64,000 bases of DNA from Antechinus flavipes (taxonomy: Eukaryota). The stretch spans positions 156,798,001 through 156,862,000 of the forward strand of contig NC_067398.1 in NCBI RefSeq assembly GCF_016432865.1. Direction: 5' to 3'. This document shows, one piece after another, positions 10,813 to 23,356 of this stretch (its first letter is position 1; each line of letters begins with the position of its first letter). The position numbers and the translations under genes are program-made. Below the pieces are notes generated by a model. That model saw only the letters and a list, made by a program, of their open reading frames with translations. It had not been told where the DNA came from and made no database searches.

Positions 10813-11347
10813 AATGACTTGAATATCTAATAGCATTACAGCTGTCGTTCACCTAGTCTAAATCTTTCCTATCTATGTCCAGCGTTTTTCCCATGAAACT
10901 GTGTCTCATACAGATGAGATAACCAGAGATATATGGGAAATGAAATAAAGTTTATATCTCATTAAGTTTTTTCTGTAAACATTTAACTATAAACATCCAA
11001 CATGATTTATTTGTTTTTCTGTGAGAAATGTATATCTTCTTAAATGTTCCATATAAAGTAAAATATAAAAGAAATATATCAAGGTCTGTAGGTGAATGTG
11101 AGATCCATAGTTCTATTCTCACTGGTTTATGGCTTAATTTACTCTTGGTTTCCTTATAATAGTAAATATTAATTTTCCAATTCATGCATAACTTTTTTTT
11201 TTTTAATATTAAGAGTACATATCATCCTTCCAGAAGGACTAATGCTAGTTAAAAGCAATTTACTTTGAAAAATTGATGCCTAGACCATGTCGGCTTTGGA
11301 AAATCACACAATCTCAAGTTGGAAGGGACCTTACGCGTTATCTGAAC

Positions 11348-11523
11348 AAGGGGCTCCTAACCTTTGATTGTATTATACAGCCATTTCATGATAACCAGGG
11401 CGACTCTTAGAATATTTTTAAATTCACAAAATAAGTTTACATAGATTTACAGAAGAAGCTAATTATATGGAAATGTGGGTCCAGTTCTTTTTAGAATTCA
11501 TAGATCATAAATTAAGCACCCCT
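11348..11523 (+). mobile_element. Old hAT (Charlie/MER20-like) MITE inserted in a MIR/L3 remnant
   Basis: Degenerate TIRs aggggctcctaa / ttaagcacccct; internal cacaaaataagtttacatagatttacagaagaagctaattatat. Confidence 0.6.
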
Positions 11524-12139
11524 AATCTGGACTAACTCATTTCTGAACAGTTCTCTCTTTTAAACTAAGATCTTAGAGATCTACTTTCCTAGACACCATT
11601 TGCACATCTTTAATTCTTGGGAAATTTTACTTTATTTGATGCCAAAATCAGTTTTTTTTTTTTTTTTAAATCTTCTACCTAAATTCTAGGGCCAGGTAGA
11701 CCAAGTCTAGTGTCTCTTTCTACAGCTTCCTTTCCTATTTCCTCCCCAAATCTTTCCTTCTTCAAAGTAAACATTCCTAATTCCTTCAACTAGTTTTCCT
11801 GTGGTTAATGTTCTGTCATGTCAGCATCGTGTTCTTCCCCTGGTTGTTTCTAATCTTGTAAATAACAGTCTTGGATACTATGCCTCTTTTAATGCAAATG
11901 AAGATTTTATTAGATATTTTGGCTGTCATATCATATTGTTGATTTATTGAGTTCACAGTAAGTACTCACAACTTTCTGAGGCCTTTATAAAGTCTAGCAA
12001 ATTAGTGATTTTTGTTTTTGTTTTTTGTTTGTTGGTTGGTTCATGCTCAGGATTATCCTTTTTATTCTTTAAAATTGTAATTTTCTCATAAGACTGTATT
12101 CCTCTTCCTTTTCTTTCCTGAAGGGGGTATATGATCAGC

Positions 12140-12370
12140 ATAATGTTTACTTGAAAGTATCAAGACCTCAGTTTGAATCTTAACTTGTAACATTTCAGTA
12201 GTGTTATGATCATGGACATGTACCTTCATCTTTCTGAGCCTTAGTTTCCTAAATTTTAAAAATAAGTTTTTATAATATATTAATTATCTTAGAGTTATAA
12301 AGTTTAAATGTAATAATATATACAAAACACTCTGAGAATGATAAAGTGCTATGTAAATGTCACCCATTAT
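12140..12370 (+). mobile_element. MIR
   Basis: agacctcagtttgaatct...ctttctgagccttagtttcct...gtgctatgtaaatgtc. Confidence 0.7.
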
Positions 12371-13650
12371 AATTACTATTCTGGACAAGAACAGCCATCT
12401 TGGAAACAAAACAATAATTTTCTTTAGCTCAGGGCCAGATCTAGTTTTTTCCCCAGGGATAAATTATTTGTATTATTATCTCTAAATTTTAGTTAGTAGT
12501 TCCTATTTCTTTTTTAGCTTTTCTTATCTTTTTTTCTTTACTGAGTAATATTGACATTGAGTAAGTCTCTTTAGGGTAGTAGATCTAATAGCAATTTAAT
12601 TATATGATTTGATAGCTTGACATAGACTGGTTATTGATCAAACCTTTTTTCCCCCTTTTTGAAATATAGTTTAGTAGAGTACCTATTAAATGCCTTTCTA
12701 CTGTGGATGCTAAATAGCATAGAAAATGCTTTCTATTGTGCATGAATTTAAAGGTGAAAATTATTCTTTTTTATTATAGTCAGTTATTTAATTTTATACT
12801 TTAACACCAAATAAAATGAGAATTTCCATATGCAGAGTAGAACAAAAAGAGGTTTGCACATGAAATTGTGAATCTTTGATTCCCTTTTTGTATATAAATC
12901 ACTTCAACATATAGTTTCTTGTCTTGCTTGTATTCTAGTCTTCCTTCTCATCTCTTCTGCACATTTAAAAATACGTTAATGATCTTTTCCTTTCTTTTTG
13001 GGCAGTCAGCCCAGTCCCTAAACTTATAACTGCATCTTCTTCTTACCATCTTTGAAGAAAAAGAAAAAATTCCTATATTGGATATGTGTAATCAGTCAAA
13101 ACAAGAAAATGAAAATATTTTTAAAGATAATATTAATGAAATATGGCAAAAAATCATATAATGACTATAGAAATCTAATATTACTAATTCTTATGGAAGT
13201 AAAATTGCTGTGAACTATTATTTTAATCTATATTTATAATTGAGTTTAATTTTGTTTTTCATTTAGACATCTTCATTTTCACTGAGAAGAGTCCTAAGAT
13301 TTTAGAAAATACAGCAAATTTTTCCTTAATTTATTTAATTTAAAAATGTAATATATGTCTAGGCTTTGTCAGTAACTCAGAAGCCCAAATATTAATACAT
13401 GAAATGATAAGTTTAAAAGGGAAAATAGTGAATACTGGGAAGATGACTAGGGCAATTAAACTGAGTAAAGGTCCAGGAACTCTCAGACAGACTGGATTCC
13501 TCAAACTATGATAAAATTATAAATGTAGAACTAGTGTTCTGAAAAAAGGGTTGACAAATCCCAAATTTAGCAAGTTTGATTCTTATATTAGTAGTTGTAA
13601 AAATCCTTTCTTAAAGTAATGACTTTAAATTGTTCATTTTTTTTTAATAG

Positions 13651-13713
13651 CTTGAAATATTGACAAATTTGGCAAATGAAGCCAATATATCAACGCTCCT
13701 TCGAGAATTTCAG
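13651..13713 (+). CDS. AP3B1: AP3B1 coding exon (63 bp; likely exon 12)
   Basis: tttaatag|CTT...CAG|gtttgt; LEILTNLANEANISTLLREFQ. Confidence 0.97.
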
Positions 13714-14229
13714 GTTTGTGTATAGAATCGTATATGCTACTACTACTACTACTATTTCTTGATAAATCATGATCTTTAAAGCTTATATTGTTTCAGTATT
13801 TTTGACTTTGTAAATCTCATATGAAAAGTAAAATATATATCTGTTGCTTGATTGATATCTAGAAAATAGTATTTATTTTTGAGTGTCTGTCAGATTTTTA
13901 ATATTTATATAAACTAAATGCAGGTTGACAACTAGGCAATCATCAATCAAGTTAAAAAAATTATGAACCAAGATGTAACATGACAGAAAAGGGAATCATA
14001 AAGTAATATCCTCACTATGGAGTTGTCTTTATTTTAAAAATTAGGCTGCTGAGGGTGATTTGGAATAGGTGTGATTGGAAGATATTGGTGCTCAAAAGTG
14101 TTATTTGGTTTTTTGCACCCTTAAAAATTGTCCAATTTATAATTGTTGTCATTACATGCAAAATTTGTTTTTGAGATACACTATTTCAGTCAAGAATCCC
14201 ATCCTAACCAACCAGAATCATTTCCTTCA

Positions 14230-14485
14230 TCTGTTTGACCTTTTGGGATTTGTTTCTCAGATTTTTCATTGTTACTCTTTGATGCTTGTCCTCCTTACTT
14301 GCATTTCTTTCTTTATCTAGTTACTTGTTTTTGCAACTTTGTTTGCATCCTTTCTTTACTTTAGTTGAATGGTGTTACCATTAAATGTGAATTCCTTGAA
14401 GACACAGGGCTGTCTTTTGCCACTTTTTGTATCCCCAGTTAGCATATGCCAGTTTTTTTTCAATGTTTGTTGGCTGGCTATTATG
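14230..14485 (+). mobile_element. L2 3' end
   Basis: tgtgaattccttgaagacacagggctgtcttttgcc...gtatcccc...caatgtttgttggctggct. Confidence 0.65.
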
Positions 14486-15818
14486 TCTTGCTTAAATAGC
14501 AAGTTGATATCTTGCTATTTAATGTTCAGGATATTTTATTAAGTTTCTTTTGAAAGTTGATTCTATTTTTGTTACTTTGTCATATATCTTATTAAATCAG
14601 GAGATATATTTGTATCCTTTTTGTTTATGGAAGAACATATGTAGAACTATTGTATTGATTGCTGCTTTCACATTTTGACTAACATTCAAAAAGTTTATAA
14701 TACTTGATTTATTTCTTAAATCTGCATTCATATCTTCCCTTTTTTTCTATTAAGCAGCATTGAAAAAAATGTTTTCCTTTTTTTTTAAATAATACTTGTA
14801 ACTGAAAGCAAAACATTTTATAGTAAAATAAAAATCTTATTTATCATCTTGCAGCCCTTAAATTATTTGGAATGTTAAAGTAGAATATATGTATCTTTTG
14901 GAATATTTAATAAATTTTGTTTCACCAAAAGTGCATTCAAATTGAAATGATCTTAGATTCCTTCCTGTTATATTTGCAAGATGTTAATTTTAAAATTCCA
15001 TGTTAAATATTATTTGTGCAATGTATATATTCTTAAATTGCTTTCAAAATTTGATAAATGCCTTTTTCTTAAAATGCAACTTTGACATTATATTGACAAA
15101 GTTTTTGTATATTTGTTATTGTCTATGATCATTGTCCTTTTTTTCTTTAACTTTTATGTTTACTGTTATTTGTTCTGCTTTTCTGAAAATATGAAAGTTA
15201 TTATGAAACAAGCTCTTAATGAAGATTAGATAGTGTTTTATGCTTCTTGTGAATTGATAGCACTGAAGATCATTATACTTCCCTTTCTATAATTTGAAAA
15301 TAAAATATGTGTTATCAGGCTATATTATTTTCATTTTGCCTTTTCTACTTTGTCTCAACCTCCCAATTCTTTGATTTGGTCTCCTGGAAAAAAAAAAAAA
15401 GACTCGTTCTTTGAGGCAGGTAGGTCGGTTATTCATAGATTCACAGATGCTGCTGGTTAAATGGACTGAAACCTCCCTGAAGAGAGAGTTCTCATCAACT
15501 CCTTCAACCTTGCACTCAGACTAATTGCTGTCTTTGGGTGACTGCCCCCCACTATCTCTCGGGTAGTCAGAAACCACTATGGCCACAGGTGACTGGAGCT
15601 AGCATAAAAACACATTCTTTAAATGAAAAACCCAAGTCATAGATAAGATATTAGTATAACTTCGTTGCTTTGGAAATTATGTATTTTTAGAATATATACT
15701 TATTTGATAAATGTAATAATTTTTATAAGCCTACAATGCACAATTAATGGACAAATTTGTCATGATTTTTCATTTAATAAGACTGATGTACAGTTAATGG
15801 ATTTCCTGTTTTCCTTAG

Positions 15819-15951
15819 ACCTATGTGAAAAGTCAAGATAAACAGTTTGCTGCAGCGACCATCCAGGCTATTGGCAGATGTGCAACCAACATCTCAGAAG
15901 TAACTGATACCTGCCTTAATGGCCTGGTATGTTTGCTGTCCAACAGAGATG
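15819..15951 (+). CDS. AP3B1: AP3B1 coding exon (133 bp; likely exon 13)
   Basis: ttccttag|ACC...GAT G|gtaagg; [44 protein letters not shown]. Confidence 0.97.
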
Positions 15952-18449
15952 GTAAGGCAGCTTCTTTTTTGTTTATAAGTACTTAATAATTTGAATCCCT
16001 TTGTAGGTAGATCTACAGGTAACAGATAGCACAATTAGAACTGTCATATATTGAATTTTTTCTTTTGAATCACTTGTAATATAAGTAGTGTAGCAGAGCA
16101 GTTGCATTAAAGTACTATTTGAAACTTAAAGCACTTTTGCTCTTTTAAAAAAAATAATATTTAATTCACAAATGGTGGTAAACATAACATTACTGTCTAC
16201 AAGTGATAATAGCAGTTTCTTTCATTTGTTGTAGTTCTTTAAAAATTTACTCCCTTTGAGCTACCATATCATAAGAAATATTTTTTCCTCTTAATTCTGA
16301 TAGGTTGTGAATGTTGTATAATAATTGTTCACCTGCAGAGGGTGCTGAAAGCAGGCAAATACTTTTTTTTTTAAATGTAAAATTGATGATATTAAAAATT
16401 ATGTTCACTGTTTTAAGTTAAACCCTTTAAAATTGGCTTGGTTTTTAAAGTGATTTTGCATTTAAATTAGATTAGAATTATACATCATTAGGTTGCAAAA
16501 TTTAGGTGGATATAAACAAAGCAAAAGTGTAAAAATATTGGCAATATAGGTAGTTAAAAATCCATTCAAAAATTATCTATTCAGTTTTTGATGATAGATG
16601 CAGTTTTTGATATTTAGAGACATAAATAATAGACTATGGTTACTTTTAGAAAGGAAAGGAAAAAATTCCTAGCTAAAGAAATTTTCGTGACAATTTTCTT
16701 TGAGAAATTGTTTTATTAATAGTATTTGTGTTTGAAATGATAAATTCTGCTTAGTAAAAATATTGTTCTGTGGGCAAAATGTAATCGAAATAATCTATGA
16801 AATTATGAATATTACAGATACTCTCATATGCACATGTACTTTTTATGTGTACTTATATATTCTAAATATAAAACCTGGAAATTTTAAACATTAGCATATT
16901 TTTAATAATTTTTCTAATGAAAAGATTGCCATGCAAATAATTTGTTATTGGAAATAGCCTTTTCCTAATAAAAGTTTTTATTCACATATGAAGTAATTTA
17001 TTTTAAATATTCCAGCGCTCCCCCCAAAAAAAAGAAATGAAATTTAATTTCAAAAGTGCTTTTATGTATGTCATTTGATATGAATAGAGATTGCCAACTT
17101 AGAGATATTCAACATAGGTAAAAAAAAAAAAAACCATAAAGTTTACTTTTTCTAAATGGATTAAGATTTTTTTATTTTACTTTTCCATTTAGTAAAAATA
17201 TTATTTACTTTGCTGTAGTTCACACTTTAATTTCCTTAGTTCCCATAATATTTTCATTTTAGACTCGTGATTGAACATTTTAAACAACCCAAACTTTTTG
17301 GATTAATTCAAAAGTTGTTATTTAAATTTATTTGACTAATTTTTAAAAGTAAAGTACTATTATTTTAAAGTTAAAAACTGTTTACCAAATCCAGTTGTTT
17401 ATATTGCCAGTAAATTTAATACTGTTTGATTTCACAGTATGTAGATATAGATATAGATACACACACAATTATATATTTATGTTTACACACAAACACTGTT
17501 GTTGTCTAGTGTTATTTGTATTTCCCTATTTGCTTCTTAGAGATGTGACCACTGATAATAGAATGTACACTTCTTAGGAAATATTTTTTTCATCCAAATA
17601 TTGTCTTCATTTTGTTATGTTGAAGAATTTTAGTTTACCTTATCTTTTACATGGACCCAAAATTTTAAGACTATCTAGTATTAGGCTTTGTCTTTCCATA
17701 TTATTTGCTATACATGATGTTATTTAAATCACAGAAAAATGAAACTAAATTGGTAAGTCAGGTCTGTCAAACCGGTATATCAGGCCCTTGGCATGCTCGT
17801 ATTCTTGTTTTGTAATTCATATTATACAGCTTCTATTTTAAAATTATCATTACTATTTTATAAATGTATAAAATTGAGTTATTTATATTTAATCTAAAAT
17901 TTTTTTGTTAACTAGGAGTCAATTTTCTCATTCTTCTGCATTTGTATGGTATTTTTATGATTCAGTTTCTAAGAATTATACACATTTCTGTATCTTTAGT
18001 TAAATCTACAACTGAATTTATAGCTACATCTGCATTGTTACATATATAAGAATTTAATCTTTTTTTAAGTTTAACCTATCTCCACAAGTTTTATTTTTTA
18101 ATATGAGATGAGATTTTATCATTTCTATCTTTAATAGGAGGTGTTGCTTTTATTCTGCAAAATTAAATACTGACTTTCGGAAATTATCTAAGATATTAAC
18201 AGTTATGAAATAAGATTTGTTACACTAGCTTTTCTTTAAAAAAATTTAATTTAATGCTCAAAATTTATCTTGTCTTAATTTTGACCCTGTATATAAGTAT
18301 TTTAAAATTGTAATAGGATAAAAAGTGAACCTTTTCTAAGAGTTGTATCATGAATGCTAAAGTTCAAGTTCTGGAGAGGAAAGTTAAGAATAACAAAAGG
18401 ATCTAAACTATAATATTGTTATGGAATTATTATATTATGGAAAAAAGAT

Positions 18450-18775
18450 GATCACAGAAGGCTTTGCACTATTAGTGCTTTTTTGTTACACAATTTTTGA
18501 CTGAATTGTCTTAACTGGATTTAATAAGGCACTTAATTTAGCAGTCTTTTCTCTGTGTAATTTTTGTCTATTTCCAAAAAATAAATCTTTCATCAAAAAT
18601 TGAAAAAATTTCACTATTAAGGTAATTGAGAAGAATATGTTGCAAGATCTCAAAGTACTTCCAGAACTGTTTTGAGCAATGGTATCTTCTAGGAATTATG
18701 TAATACTTTGACTTGAACAGTATTTTCCATAATAGTTTTAAAATTCCCATTACTTTTTCATGACACTTCCAAGAT
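18450..18775 (+). mobile_element. Mariner-type transposase C-terminal remnant (MARNA-like)
   Basis: atttagca...tgtaatttttgtctatttccaaaaaataaa resembles DLAPCDFWLFPKLK; ttccagaactgttttgagcaatgg reads FQNCFEQW. Confidence 0.65.
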
Positions 18776-19680
18776 ATCTTAAAATGTAATTAATGGATTT
18801 TTCCGACGACTTTTCTGGTTCTCCTTTCATCCTTAGATTTTGCTTGAAGAATCCTTGATTTGCCAATAGGAATGATTGGCTGTAGATTCATAGATTATGT
18901 TTTCTACAAATTATATTTTCCATATTAATAATTTTGTTCATTCTATTAAATGTGAATTCCAGTAGCTACTGTGTATGAAGTGTAGTGCTATCTGACATCC
19001 CTGCCCTAAAGAAAGTTTATAATCTTTTAAGAGATATAAAATTCATTAGGTTCTTTAAGTTCTGAGAAACATCTTATATGGACAAGCAAATATGTGATAA
19101 ACCAAAGTTCTCTGTAAATTCAAAGAAGAAAAAGTCAATGGTTCAAGAAGACTTCATGGAAGAAATGGCATTTCAGATAGGCCTTCATAAGTTTGTAGCA
19201 TAGGATACAGCATAATATACAAGATGATTTTATCTACCCTCTTGAAACTATTTCTCCAGATAGTTTTATTTCTTATAAAATGCTATTATATGTAGTTTCT
19301 ATATGTACATTTTCTAGAAAATTCTTTCCTTTTTGTAGGCCTTGTAACCTAGCCTACAAAAAAATCTTTTTTGTTTCTCCACCATTTTCTTTGCTTATAA
19401 AGCATCATTTCCTGGGGTATTTCCTTCCCTGCATACCAGCTATATACTCCCTCATTCATTCAAATTCCCTTTCAGTTTCATAAAACCTGATGGTTTAGCT
19501 TTTTAATACTATAGAGTTGGCTCTTCTTAGGCATGGATCTTTTTATTTAGTATATAATTTAGCATTATTGTCCTACATGGCATATTATTGCAAATCTATC
19601 CCTCCTGTTGCATGTTCTAACCATTCACCTGCATTCTGGAAACTTCTCTTTTCAATGGTCAATTAAATAAGATTCTAAGT

Positions 19681-19872
19681 CAGGGGTCCTCAAACTACGG
19701 CCCTCGGGCCAGATGCGGCAGCTGAGTATGTTTATCCCCCTCACCCAGGGCTATAAAATTTCTTTATTTAAAGGCCCACAAAACAAAGTTTTTGTTTTTA
19801 CTATAGTCTGGCCCTCCAACACTCTGAGGGACAGTGAACTGGCTCCCTGTTTAAAAAGTTTGAGGACCCCTG
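19681..19872 (+). mobile_element. Non-autonomous OposCharlie1/OC1-type hAT MITE (192 bp)
   Basis: Perfect 16 bp TIRs CAGGGGTCCTCAAACT (19681-19696) / AGTTTGAGGACCCCTG (19857-19872); subterminal ggccctccaac...ctgagggacagtgaactggc is characteristic of OC1. Confidence 0.88.
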
Positions 19873-19959
19873 TAAGGTCATTGATTAACAATCAAAGGAA
19901 ATCAAGTTTCGTAAGATTATATGCTCCCTTTTGAAATGAGAGCCACAAGTATGTAGCCT

Positions 19960-20130
19960 GAAAGGTACATAGTATAGCAGCTTTAGAAGAAAAGCATCTA
20001 GATTTATACTCCACTGTCCATATAATTTTAGTCAAGTTTGTTGATCAGCAGCTCAGTTTCTCCATTTGTCAAGTGAGGGAATTGGACTGGTTGATTTTTT
20101 GGATCTTGTACAGATTTAAACTTACGGTTC
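19960..20130 (+). mobile_element. MIR
   Basis: catagtatagcag...gctcagtttctccatttgtcaagtgaggga...ttggactgg. Confidence 0.6.
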
Positions 20131-20460
20131 TTCTAGTATATGTTGTTTTAGGGATAGAAATGAATTGTTGGGGGAAGGGGGAGAAGACATCTATGTGGAC
20201 TTAATTTTATACCACAAAGGAAAACTCTTGGGTTGAAAGGAAAAGAGAGCATGCCATTTTGGATAGAGTTCATAATAGTATAGAAGAGAATATTTAATGT
20301 AGTTTAACTTTAACGAAACAGATTTTTTAAAGTTAGGGAAAGCATACTATGGTTCTGTGGTCAAAGGTTCTAACAGGAATAAATGCTATTTAAGGAATGG
20401 AAGGTATCTGAAATGAAATTGTGCCTATATAATTGTAGATGGTTCTTTTTAAGAAAAGTA

Positions 20461-20620
20461 GGGGGGCAGCTAATTGGCACAGTGGATAGAGCATCAGCTC
20501 TGAAGTCAGGAGGACCCTGAGTTCAAATCTGGCCTCAGACACTTAATACTTCCTAGCTCTGTGACCCTGGGTAAGTCACTTAATCTCAGTTACCTCAGCA
20601 AAGAAAGAAAGAAAGAAAAA
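20461..20620 (+). mobile_element. WSINE1-like CORE-SINE
   Basis: gggggcagctaattggcacagtggatagagc...gagttcaaatctggcctcagacacttaatacttcctagc...cctcagc plus (aaag)n tail. Confidence 0.9.
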
Positions 20621-21641
20621 CTAGGGAAAACAAATATCATTGATTATAGACTTAAGACTTTAAAAAAAAATCCCAACTGGATTTAAGATAAAACCCAAAC
20701 CAAACCAAAGCAGTGGAATAGACTGGCCAATAAAATTTTATGATTCTAAAATTGTGGAAGTAGAGAATTAATAGATATTTTGGGAATTTTGTATATTCTT
20801 ACATGGGGTCTGAGTTTGAACTAGGTGACGTTTAGATCACTTAACTCTTAATTCTAAAATTGTGTTGCTTTGGTATCTACTGTATTATAATTTGGCTTTT
20901 TGTTCCTTTTCTTTATAGCATGAATTTTACTCCTGAAAAACAGTTTGCATCTGCATTTGCATCTGTTATTTTCAGCTTCAAGAACTGCATATTTCATTCA
21001 AGTGATTACTACCTGTTACAGAAAATAAGCACTGAAATGCATGATTTATAAGTCTTAGAACAGCTTGCCTATTTAAAATCTTCATTAAAATGTGCAGAAG
21101 AATGTATTACTGAACTAGCAGACAATCTCTATGTTTAAAAAAATAAAAAGTAAGGGAAGCAAAATAAATACAAAATCAGTGTCTTAATTTTTTAAAACAG
21201 AAATAACTATATGATACATCATTACTAAAGTAGATTTGTCATTTCCTATACATGTCATGGCCAAAGTTTCTACTCTTTTTGTTTAGTGGCTAAGGTAACA
21301 TTGTGGAATGACATTGTCTAATTTTTAATTCATGGTAATAAAAACAATGAAAATTTGAAACTAGGAGTAGCACATGGGTTTGGCACGCTGATGGATTATC
21401 CTTTGACAGTGGCTACTGTCTTTGCTAGACTCTCTACCTTTGCTCTCATTTCTTCTCTTTACAGAAATGGGATATTGGTGACTTAAGTGCTAAGACCTCA
21501 GAATTTCCTAATATGCAACTGAATTCCCTTATTCCCTTTTGATTTGTTTGTTTCCCTTATTTCCCTTTTGATTGATAAGCATATGTTATATTAACTTAAA
21601 CAGACAATAATTTAAAAAATATATTTTTTTGTATTCATCAG

Positions 21642-21751
21642 AAATAGTAGTTGCGGAAAGTGTGGTGGTCATTAAAAAATTACTACAAATGCAACCAGCC
21701 CAGCATGGTGAGATTATCAAGCATATGGCCAAGCTCTTGGACAGTATTACT
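21642..21751 (+). CDS. AP3B1: AP3B1 coding exon (110 bp; likely exon 14)
   Basis: ttcatcag|AA ATA...ACT|gtgagt; (E)[36 protein letters not shown]; lies within ORF 21629..21829. Confidence 0.97.
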
Positions 21752-23356
21752 GTGAGTAAATATAACTTTATATATGTTTTCAAAGTAGAAAAGCTTCTCT
21801 TTTTTGAGAAGCATGAAATAATGATTTGATAACTACAAGAAATGAATATAAAAGTTAGCAGTATTCTATTCCAATAGCCAGGAAGTTGAAATTTATTATC
21901 TTCATTGCCAGTATTATCAAACTATCCTTAACTGAAAGCTATGGATACCATAGCAAATATGACTTCTGAGATAGGGGCTGCTTCTCCTTTGGGATAGCTG
22001 TAAAGATTTCTATGCTGATTATCACTAATGATTTCATTAGAAGACAAACTGGAGATACTAATAGGAAAACTCAAATTGTCATTGAATATATCCTTATGGA
22101 TAATAGTGGCCCAAAAGCTGTGGGCAATGTAATGATATTGATAATCATTCTTAAGTGTTACCTTCCAACATGAAGGACAATGATAAAGGGTAATAATAAC
22201 TATTAGCTACATTTGAATCACTGTCTTGGTAAAAACTGTGCTTGGTAATCCAAATCTGATTCCTAACAGTTCATGAGTTTGAATTCTGACTCCCAAGAAT
22301 TTTTGTGATTAATGATTTCTAAGAGGCTGTCTCCGACATTTATATCATTACTGCAACAGTAAAATAACAATATCAAGTCTGGTTTATTTTCTTTTTTCCT
22401 AAAAAAAAAAAAGAAGATTAGAGACACAATTTTTTTCCTATATAGCTATATATAAGTTCTTGTAAAATAAACGTTCTTATTGAAGCCTGAAATTTTTTTT
22501 TTGTTTGCTACAAGTTTAGCAGGCCTTTCCTATTAGTACTGCAAAATCGAGTTTGTAGCAGTAGTACTCAAAAGTGGTGTGTTAGTATGAATAATGTTTA
22601 TAACTTTTATTAGCATGTTTCTTATGCTGTCATGTACTATATTATAAGCACTATTTCTTGTATTTTTGCCTTATTTTTTGTATTGCAGAAAAATCATTAT
22701 AATATCCTTGGCATGCCTTGTAGAAGTTACATTATTTAAATATAGTGTACTACCTACATTCTAGTTTGACTTGCTCTACAAATTTAGCAGATTTTTGTCT
22801 TTGTGAATAAGTATGTGAAAATATATAGAAAAAAGACTTTCTTTGACTTACAGTACTTACTTGATTCTAAGTTATATAGATTAGTGATTATACTAAAAAG
22901 GGAACTGAACTTCATAAAAGAGATGACATTAACTTTCTCTTATAAATAGTATTTAAAATGTTTGTTTTTTTTAAAAAAACTCAAATCTTTTGTTTCAGTA
23001 GCTGAAATTTGATTTAAAAAAAAAACAACTTATGAAAGTTGGATATAATTGATATGAAAACAATGGCTTCCAGCTGATTCCTGAGTAAATTCTAAGCTCC
23101 TTAGTTTGTTAGTAAGGGCCCTCTACCTTCTAGTAAATTAGTCTATATAGAGGGTACCAATATCTCTTTCTCACAGAACCAATTGAATTGAGGCTGCTCA
23201 TTTCAACATTTGAAATCAGACTTGTTTCTGAGAATTCTAGGAATATAAAAATGAGGAGACACGATAAGTTTCTCCTATATTTTTTGATTTCTACATTTGG
23301 TGGCAAAGATCTCTTCAAGTGATTATGTAGAAAATAAGCATTCACATTAGGGTATT

